A stretch of DNA of 32,028 nucleotides from Bugula neritina (Eukaryota; Animalia; Bryozoa). Made by a program: the position numbers and the translations under genes. The notes under the pieces were generated by a model. That model was not told where the DNA came from. It was given only the letters and a program-made list of their open reading frames with translations, and did no database searches. The stretch covers positions 1 to 32,028 of the forward strand of contig CAXIUT010000297.1 in NCBI GenBank assembly GCA_964035545.1, in the 5' to 3' direction. Below, piece by piece: positions 21,749 through 32,028 of the stretch. Position 1 is the first letter of the stretch, and every line of letters begins with the position of its first letter.

Positions 21749-23790
21749 ATGAAAATCAAATCTCCTCAAACGCATCTAACTCATCGTTCTATTGGCTAAT
21801 TTGACAGTCAAACATGTCGGTCTCCTAAGGGAAAGACTGTGATCAATAGTAAAATAGCAAAGACATCTAAATCTAAAAAATAAAATTAGAATAAGAAATG
21901 TCCACAGAGTGAGGATAAAAAAACTAAAAGGAAATAAAAGAAGAAAAATATTGATCTAGATAATACTCTAATAATCAACTAAAATAGCAAAAATAATAGT
22001 AGGTAATTGTCAAGTACTACAAAACTGAAAACAAGAAATTCATAGAAGACATTTAGGCCTTCATCGAAACAAGAACAAAGTAGATATAAAGCGGGGTAGT
22101 GGATATCAGATCTTGTTTTTGAGAGTAGAATGACGGAATAGTCTAAAAGTAAAAATAAAAAAAATAGAAAAAAAATGCCTGAAGATAAAATATAGTTAAC
22201 TAAACCTAATTAGTAGTATCTTTTTATTGGCTAGGATTTCTATTTTATGAATAGTTTTTGTCCAACTAAAAGGTTCCTTAATTCTTTAGAAATAATTGTC
22301 TCAATTCAGATAGTAAGTTTATTACTCAAGATAAAAAAGATAAAAGTAAAGTGTCAGTTAAAAAGAGTACTAATATTTTCATAGAAGCAAGAAAATAAAT
22401 AGAAGATAAAATTTATAATAACAAAGCTACTATAATTCAAAAATGGTGGAAAAAAATATATCAAGCTAACCATTACGACCATACTTAGAAGATTACTTTC
22501 GAAGAGAGTGAGTAGGAGTTCAGAAGTCCTTTAGATATTGATCAACTTAATCAATCTCCTATTCCAGATAAGTCATCAGGGCATGAAGAGTCAATCATAG
22601 CTAGTTTTAATTCAGTTTAACAGGTAGAAGAAAGAGCTCCAAGGAAGGTATAATTCACTAAATAAAATATTTGCACCCTACTGAATCATGAATACAAGAT
22701 GCCGACAGCTTCATAAGTAAATTCTGACTAAAATGACGAAATTATGGGAAATTATCAACAATTTAAGCAAAAGTAAGTCGAAGATACATAATATATACTG
22801 TAGAATGAAGAAAGTGTCTAAAAGATTCGATAGGCAAGTATCTATTAAACATCTAACGACCCGTATAAGATCCTTAGAGGTATTTTTGAGACTATATAGA
22901 ATTTTAATAAGCGACAAGAATAAAATAGCAAATATAAAATAGAATATCTTATCAGAAGGGACATTTTAAACAACTTAATAACTATCAATAAAAAATAAAT
23001 ATTAGTACAAGTATACTAAGTATTCATAGCTTTTTGATTAAATTCTTTAACTTTTACCTTCAAAATCACAAAGAATAGTTTGTCAATTTGATCAATATGC
23101 CCTATGGATATAGCATACCATCAAGACTAAGATTTTTAGCTGGGTAGCCTTTGCCTGAAGAATAAGAATAGGATGAAGATGGAGTGATATTTGGTCTTAA
23201 TCAAATCATACCAAATTAATACTTATAGGAGTACTATAGCCATGTGGAAAAGAAATAGCCAAATAAGAACAATAGTTTCTTTAAAGCTAATTTATAACTA
23301 TAGAGAATGCATAATAAGGCAGTTCTTGACTACTTCAACTAACAATTAAATACTTTTAGACCTTATAAATAAATATGTATAATTGATTATATTCAGAAGG
23401 AGTACCTTATCCTTGGAACTATTCATACAAAGCTTTAACATTTTACTTTGTAGCAGAATAAAACATCGCATAGATTTTTTAAAAGATATAAATCAATATA
23501 TTAAAGAGTTGTTCTCTTTTTTGTGGTATTCTTCTACCAAATGATCTATATCCTAACATCTAGTCATCCAATTTAATGGAATTTATGGAGAAATACTAGA
23601 CTAGTAGTCATGGAATACTTTTATAGCACAATTAAGATAAATAGATGAAGTTGATAAATGAATAGATCAAAAACAACAATTTTAGTTTAATAACTAAACC
23701 CATACTGGAGTCATTCTTGATATTTCCAGTAATATTATTGATCTCATACTTATGGAAGCTGCATATGAAGTCGATACTGTCATTTATTGA
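21749..23790 (+). CDS. IQ-motif protein with DUF4378-like C-terminus and apparent frameshifts
   Basis: KATIIQKWWKKI IQ-like motif. C-terminus ...GVILDISSNIIDLILMEAAYEV. 20-nt intron 23377-23396. Needs -1 shifts near 22243-22246, 22997-22999 and 23680-23683, all short homopolymers. Confidence 0.6.
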
Positions 23791-23824
23791 TATGTTTATT
23801 TTTATATTTAACTTTTTAAAAATA

Positions 23825-24748
<924 letters not shown>

Positions 24749-24770
24749 TATAATTATAATCTCTTTTAAT

Positions 24771-25714
24771 ATGATTAAAACCCTCCAATAAGAATTTTAT
24801 GCCTATCTCATACGTAACGAATCGCCTTAGCAACAAAAAGCCAAATAAATAAATTCTTAGAGAATCTACCGTTTACTATAAGATAAATTCATCGATGAAT
24901 ACGATGAATAAAGCATTTTCGCTCAATAATTTTTCAAAACAAATCTAAAAAAAATATCATAGATACTAATGCTAGCAGTATATCATAAAAATCCTTCATT
25001 TATTAAAATAGACCAACTAATTGTGCTTATAGGCATATTCCAACATATATTTTATGACACTTCTTTGAACCTTCCTCAACTAGTTATCAAAAAAACTAAT
25101 AGTTATCTTCATTTTTTGCTATTTTCACAAAATATATAAACTATGATAAATATATTTGATGATAGTATCAATAGTAACTCAATAGCACACTTCTATCAAT
25201 TTATCTACAAGTCAGCATTTATCCATAGAATGAATACCCTTATATCTATGTATGGACTTACTATGAATAACCAGTAGTTGCCTTTGTACTTGCTGCAGTG
25301 TATAATTGAACAGAAATAGGGTAATTTTTAGCAATATGATTGCAAGGTGACTTCAGAATGGTTGGTTTTGAGTTTAGTATATTTCGTGTTATCAATCAAA
25401 GCAGATATCTACAAACAAAAACCTGTACTATCTTTAATTCTCAATAAATACAAAGAACAAAAGCCAGAATGGAATCTTAGAGAGATAAATGGAGACGAAT
25501 TATGTCATTTTTATAACAGTACAGTTATAAGATTGATCCAAAAGTTGGACAGTAAAGAGGTATAGCGTTTGGTGGATGAGATAAAGACGGACATCGATGT
25601 GAGTAGTCAATTCATAAGTAAATATTTATATATTTAGTTAGTCCTATTCAGAATGAGAATAATACTGTTTTGGATAACATTGCATTTTCGTTTTCATCGT
25701 CTTGGGAAGTATGA
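24771..25714 (+). CDS. Hypothetical helical protein, 307 aa
   Basis: Open from ATG24771 with TAR=Glu. A 20-nt intron at 25618-25637 leads to TGA25714. Confidence 0.65.
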
Positions 25715-25736
25715 TTGCATATAAGACTACAAATTA

Positions 25737-27362
25737 TCAAATGACTGTTTTTGATGGGTTGTTGCGCATGCCTTTACCTCCCAGTCCCTTTGTTGTTACC
25801 TGTAGATACTACAATCTACCCATTCTGAGTTAGATATCGATGAGTTGTTTTTAATTTAGTTGGTAAAATTTCTTTTAGAAATCGATTCCTTCGCTTACTA
25901 CTCCTATCAATCCATCAATAGATACTGTTGAATATATTTTTCCTCTAAAACAAAAACCTAAAGTAACGACCTAAAATAGTTTATTTATATTCTATTATGA
26001 TTGTTCAGTTTAAATATTTTTACCTAAAACAACTAATCTCATGTCGATTGATTATTCTGACATGAGTTATTGATATAAAATAGTTTAATTTCCTTATAAT
26101 TTTTATGTACAATATTTACTTTGTTCCCATATTTTAACATCTTCTCTTTTTTGCATTTATATTTATTTTTAATAAAAGGATTGCTAGACTAATTTATTTT
26201 AGTTATCATTTGATAGATACTACTAATTTTATCATTATCTAGTTAAAAATATCTTTAAAATCTATTCAAATTCTTTTTACTACATGCGTGTTCATTACAG
26301 TAATAGTAGAATAAAGTTGTAGTGGGATGTTAATGTTTTAATTGGCTAATATATAATCTTCGAACATAGTTGCCATTTTATATTTGATTTACTATTGATT
26401 TTATACTCTAGCTAATTGATTCCGAGTAAAGGACAATAATCGATTTAGGTTTTATTATTTGATAGAGTTAGTAGAGCATCAGTTCCCCTAGACCTGTTGT
26501 GTAACCCATTGTATTGATAATCAACTTTTTGAAATATAATTTTTATCTGTAGTAATTGTAAAGATATTTTACTGCTTTCAGGTATGTGTCAAGATGGTTG
26601 AGAGGAGTGAATTATCCTATCCATATCTTTTTATTTATGTCTTAGCCATATAAACTAATGCATCCTTCTAGGAGATAGTTTCTACCGATATCGCAATCCA
26701 ACAAAATACATCCTTTGTTGACCAAGTAGTCACTTAAAGTGCTTTTACCTGTATTTTTACTTCCTAGAAGCATTACTTATCCATCATTTGTGATACAATC
26801 AGGCAGCTAAGTCCATGGATTATTGCATTCTTAAAGCGTACATAGATTCGATGCAATTATTAAGGTTTACTCATTGAATTTAACTTGTTTCAGTAGTTCT
26901 AATAGAGATTAATCGCCAATTTGTGTTAATTTGACGCATAGTGATGGGATGTTAACTTTTTCTGATGATTGTTTATTGATTAAAAAAATAAACTGTTATG
27001 ATGTATTGATTTTACTAATTTGTTTTCCATTGATTTATAATTTGTCTTGATCAAGGACAGTTTATATTTTAGATATTGTTATGATTATGATTGATTTTGA
27101 GAGGTTTGTTATAGGATACTATTTTTAGATATTTGTTGTTTTTTAGTTTTATTTGACGGGCGTCTTAGGGGTTTAATTACTATTGGTTGTTTTATTGAAT
27201 TTATTATTGGTCTATTTATTATGGTTATTCAGACGGAGATATCAGGTCGACTAATTACTATTGGAAACTATATTGTTGTTTGTTTTTATTCTTTTTATTG
27301 AATGGTATTTACTATTTTTTTATCTTTTTGTTTTTTGATTTTTTTGGCTTTGTGGAACTCAT
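25737..27362 (-). CDS. NOL9: Polynucleotide 5'-hydroxyl kinase, NOL9/Grc3 (Clp1 family), ~541 aa
   Basis: P-loop VMLLGSKNTGKST, Walker B LLDCDIG, IINTMGY..GLG motif and a basic N-terminus. Confidence 0.85.
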
Positions 27363-27546
27363 CAACAAAGGATTTATCAATTTATAAAATTATACTAAAT
27401 AAATAAATAGTTATTTAGTTAATCAAAATATTGTAGATTAATTCTAAGCTCTGTTTATTAAATAACATTAAATTTCTACAACAGTATTCTCAAAAATATT
27501 TATTATTTATAGTATACCGCATTAGCAATATCATAATTAATTTGGC

Positions 27547-28346
27547 ATGAACAAACTTCTTCTACTCATTTTGGTCATTACCTTCTTCCGTAAAGCATAG
27601 CCTAGTATCATCCTTATTCCAGTTACCTTTGAATAGTAGACTGAATAACCTTAAGTCGAGACAAACACATCGGCTAACCAAGACAATGAAGGTAATAAAT
27701 CTTTTATAAAGAAACTGAAGTTTAGGAAACAACCAATTAACCTGAAACAGAAAATCCTTAAACTGAAGGCCAAATTTCTACTTTGAATGAAGTTAATGGG
27801 ACCTAAGAGGAAAATAGCAATGGATCGGAAAAAATGAATGATCAAAATGAAACAGATGATTCTAATGATAGCAATGGCTCAACAGAAGAGGAGGCATCTG
27901 AATCATTAAGTGAATCATCTAAAACTAGTGAAAGTTCTAAGAAAGTACATCATTGTTCAAAAAAACATCACAAAAAAAGAGTAAACAAAAGAAGACAAGT
28001 GTTACCATTCAAGACAAATGAAAGAATGTATTTGTCTACTGATATCCATTTCACCAAAAAGAACTTGATTTATCGGAAAATAAACCTTGAAAACCCACAG
28101 ATGATAACACTAACTTTCACAAGTCGTACTTTTGGATTAAACATCATCAACAGAAGGTTCAAATCTATCCTAATACTCAAATTAAACCAACAAAAAGCAA
28201 AGATAAGACTAAATTGGGGAATATCAAAACAAACAGTTACTTTTGAGGGAGTTAAAGGAAAAAACATAATAAGTTTCAAACTAAAAAGCAAGGCATATTA
28301 TCCAGGAACAAGTTACAGCATTCTGAATAATTTTACTATAAGTTGA
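27547..28346 (+). CDS. Predicted secreted protein, 259 aa: signal peptide, acidic E/T/S/N-rich region, basic C-terminal domain
   Basis: MNKLLLLILVITFF signal. A 20-nt intron at 27692-27711 joins it to the supplied ORF 27834..28346. Confidence 0.78.
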
Positions 28347-28462
28347 AAACATGATTTTTTTGCATTATGAAATAATAATCAGAGTTGCATTATTATCAGA
28401 TTCCAAGATTTAATAGTTCAACGTGTGATATATTATCTTTTAATATTTTTCTCAACAAAGCA

Positions 28463-30082
28463 ATGGCTCAATAGGATTGGAGTACAACTGTTATAGTTCT
28501 TATAATGACTGTTCTAACCCTAAACTACTTCGTACTACCCGACTCAGAACATCAAGTCTTTGACATCAGTTCTAAACATATCAAGTATCATTCTAATTGG
28601 ACTCGATCTGTTGATGACTTACCTGATGTGTAGCAATTGCAGGCAGCCTATAGGTTACCAGGTATTAAATGTTTTGATATGTCACTTTCTATGTCTAGTC
28701 TTAACTTCTCTCAAATCAAACCACTTCTACCTGTTAGATTTGATCAGTATTGTAATTTGAAGTTGAATTTTGCTAATAATCCAATAGGTAGTGTAGGAGC
28801 TGATCATATTTTATCATTGATTCCTAATGATGTTAAATCGCTTGATATATCGTTTGATTCAATTGAGGCTGGTGATAATTTTGGAGCTATTCTTGCTAAA
28901 AGACTCAATAATCTAAACTCACTTAAAAAATTAAAATTATCTCTGATTATGGCAGTTAAAAATGATAAAGTACTTGATGATTATCTTCGATTTGGTCGTC
29001 TTAACTAAAAACTATAAAATTATTCTTTAGTTTTAATAGGAAATAGTCTAACCAATTAGTCAATTCCTTACTTGAAAACTCATCTAGAAAGAGCTAATCT
29101 CAAGTAATTATAATTGAATTTTTATGCTAATAAACTAGGAGTATAAGGTGCTTAAATAGTAGCTGATGCTATATCAACTCAAAAATAACTTAAATCTCTT
29201 AATCTTGATTTATACTTCAATAATATCACATAAAATGGAACATAAATGATAGCTAATGCTATTTCTAAAATAAATAATCCATAATTGAAAACTTTCCATC
29301 TTAATCTTGATTTCAATTATATTAAAAACGATGGATGTAAAGCTTTGGCTGGTATGTTCTAAAAAATGAGTCATCTTAATTCTTTGAGTCTAGGTGTTGC
29401 ATCTAAAAACTTTGGATTTCTTGGATTTAAATATCTAGTTAAAGGACTTAGTCATCTAGTCAATCTTTAAGAATTTTCATTCAAATGTGGAGTCAATCGA
29501 GTTGGACCAGGAGGAGCATAAATAACGAGAGATCTAATCAACAAAATGCCTCATCTCAAAAAATTAAGTATCAATTTCTATTAAAATTATGTAGGAGACG
29601 AAGGTTTGATTGAACTAACTAAGGCAGTATCTTCACTTGAGCATCTGAACTCTTTATATTTGAATTATGGATTTAATGATGCTAAGGGCTATGGACTTGT
29701 GAAGTGTTTGTAGTTGTTGGCTAAGAGACAATATTAGGAGGTATATCTTGGATTTTCTAGTAATTAGTTCCAGGATAGTGAGGTCAATTTGGTAAGAGAT
29801 TAGTTGAGATAAATGGTTAGAAAAACAAAAACATTTGAATTATAGTTTATGGAAACAGCTATTTCAAAGAAAAAGGCAGCATAACTTGAAAGAATCTTTG
29901 CATCTAAACCAAGTGGCTCTCAATCCAGAATCAACGTGAACTCTATTATATCCGATGAGCAAGAAGCCAAATACAGCTAGAAGGCTTAGGACAGAGAAGA
30001 GAAGTTAAAAGAGTTGGCAGATAAAGATGCATTGGGTGAAAGGGAGCAAGGTTCTTCTGGTAAGGTGGACAGTTAGTTGTGA
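28463..30082 (+). CDS. RNI-like leucine-rich repeat protein with N-terminal signal anchor, 539 aa
   Basis: Hydrophobic TTVIVLIMTVLTLNYFVL. Repeats LKLNFANNPIGSVGA, LELNFYANKLGVEGA, LNLDLYFNNITENG, LSINFYENYVGDEG. An upstream in-frame ATG at 28367 is possible. Confidence 0.85.
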
Positions 30083-30142
30083 TATGATGGATAATTATGT
30101 GAAAATAATTAGTTTTCGAACTATATTTTATTATTAATCTGT

Positions 30143-31654
30143 ATGTAGAAGTACAAGACGATAAAGACATTGGGAGATGGTGCATTTGGGACGGTATATA
30201 AGGCGACGAACATAAAGACGGGTGAGGTGGTGGCTATAAAGAAGATGAAGCAGAAATACAAGAACTGGAATGAGTGTATATAATTGCGAGAGGTGAAATC
30301 TTTGAGAAAGATGAATCATAGCAATATAATAAAGATGAAGTAGGTGTTGTTGGTGGCAGAAGAGTTGTACATGGTTTTTGAGTACTTGGACTACAATTTA
30401 TATGAAGTCTATTCCAAGATGAAAGAGGAAAACAAACACTTCACTTAAAAATAAATCAAGTATTTACTCTTACAAATAGAAATATTGTCTTCCAAATTGC
30501 TAGTGGACTTGCTAGTATGCACAAACATGGATTTTTTCATCGAGACATGAAACCTTAAAATCTACTCATCTACAACAATGTCGTTAAAGTATGCGATCTA
30601 GGCCTCGCAAGATAAATACGGTCGAGACCACCTTTCACTGACTATGTTTCCACCAGATGGTAAACTTGTATCTACTCAGGTATAGAGCTCCAGAACTTCT
30701 ACTCAGGTCCACCAACTATAACTCACCCGTCGATATCTTCGCACTAGGAGCCATCATGGCAGAACTCTACACTCAGTGTCCTTTGTTTCCAGGAACTAAC
30801 TAAATGGATCAGCTCAATAAAATCGTTAAAATATTGGGAACACCCAAGAAGTAAGATTGGCCTTAGGGATATAAATTGGCACAAGCCAAAGGATACTATT
30901 TTGCATAAGAAAAAGGAGTAAATTTGGGAGAAATTATACCAAATGCTTCAATGTAGGCAATAGATTTGATTGAATCTATGTTGAAGTATTCTTCTAGAAA
31001 AAGGCCAACAGCTGCATAGTACTAGTTTCGTAAAGTAGAATGTTGAAGCATGATTATTTCAAAGGAGTAACTATAAACGTTGGATAATCTAGTGGTAAAG
31101 AACCTGTTTTTGAAGAGAAGCCTCAGGGAGTAAAACTCGATACAAGTAAAGAAGACAAAAATATCAATATATTTAGAGCTACTAAATAAAAATTCAAACA
31201 AACTAGAAAGCATGATGCAATGGATTCTAATGTATTCAAACAACCTGATGTGGTCGAGAACAATCGATCAGGAGCAATGGAAGGAGTCAATGACGATATT
31301 GATTCAATTTTACAATATTTGTAGGATAAAAACAAAAAGAAAGATACTAAAAAGTTTCCAGTTATCAATACTAAAGATAAATTTTATAAACCTCCTTAGA
31401 AAAAATAGTTAAGATAGAGTAAAACTTAACTTAAGCATGGATAATACAAGTACCATGATAAGGATTAATGGAAAAATATAAAGAATAATCCTTATATGGA
31501 GTAAAAAGAAAGAATAAATCGATAGTAGAATAGTTCATATAAAAAGAAAATGATCGGTAACCCCTACAACCCACTGGGATCACTAAATGCCATGCCTCGA
31601 ATAGCAAGAAAGAGATGGCACAAAATAAGTTTTCATATAGTTTTCAGCCAGTGA
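30143..31654 (+). CDS. MAK: MAK/ICK-family (RCK) Ser/Thr protein kinase
   Basis: [50 protein letters not shown] (TDY activation loop). 20-nt introns 30460-30479, 30660-30679, 31019-31038. The C-terminus may extend to ~31785 if there is an indel near 31600. Confidence 0.93.
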
Positions 31655-31840
31655 TGGTTCCTAGCTATCCATCGAGCAAACACACAAAAACATCGAACTT
31701 AGGATTGGGATTGGCATATATGCCTCTTCCTAAGGCGAACTCTCTTTTGAAGAAAGACCTTCTTCCATTAAAATGTGATATATGAATAGTTAGTTTTATT
31801 CTTTTACTAAAAATAATAAATATAAAACAATATTAATCAA

Positions 31841-31909
31841 GGGGTTGGGGTTGGGGTTGGGGTTGGGGTTGGGGTTGGGGTTGGGGTTGGGGTTGGGGTT
31901 GGGGTTGGG
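31841..31909 (+). repeat. Telomere (GGGGTT)n, 69 bp
   Basis: GGGG(TTGGGG)10TTGGG. Confidence 0.98.
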
Positions 31910-31959
31910 TGCTAAGATAAACATTTGATTGAAGCATATTATTATTCTATAATAACATA

Positions 31960-32028
31960 GGGGTTGGGGTTGGGGTTGGGGTTGGGGTTGGGGTTGGGGT
32001 TGGGGTTGGGGTTGGGGTTGGGGTTGGG
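31960..32028 (+). repeat. Terminal telomere (GGGGTT)n, 69 bp
   Basis: GGGG(TTGGGG)10TTGGG at the end of the window. Confidence 0.98.

Noticed and set aside
23659-23661. Possible TGA=Trp readthrough (EVDK*IDQ)
   Set aside because: The upstream coding frame is a different one that is open here. A single indel near 23682 explains the gene without readthrough, and Trp is TGG in all conserved motifs.

Overview
Eukaryotic, ciliate macronuclear-type DNA, not prokaryotic. The supplied standard-code ORF track is misleading because TAA and TAG both encode Glu here (peritrich-type code, NCBI table 30) and TGA is the only stop. This is shown by invariant motifs in kinesin, two kinases, EF-hands and a papain protease. 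Bases 1-14800 are a complete telomere-to-telomere, roughly 10-gene minichromosome capped by 81-bp (C4A2)/(G4T2) tracts. It is followed by four more segments, each ending in a G4T2 tract and joined directly to the previous telomere, three of them in mid-gene, so the window is probably a concatemer of chromosome ends (chimera or template switching). About 22 protein genes and one tRNA-Ser(GCT) are packed with intergenic gaps as short as 22 bp. The most striking system is a set of 16 tiny introns of near-fixed length (14 of 20 nt, 2 of 21 nt). All begin GTA and end AG, and 15 of 16 have an A exactly 6 nt from the 3' end. Telomeres are short, start and end in a fixed register, and have lengths of 69, 81 or 93 bp. 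Several single-base frameshifts in homopolymers suggest residual long-read error. All translations were done by eye and all family assignments are from motif recognition, not database searches.
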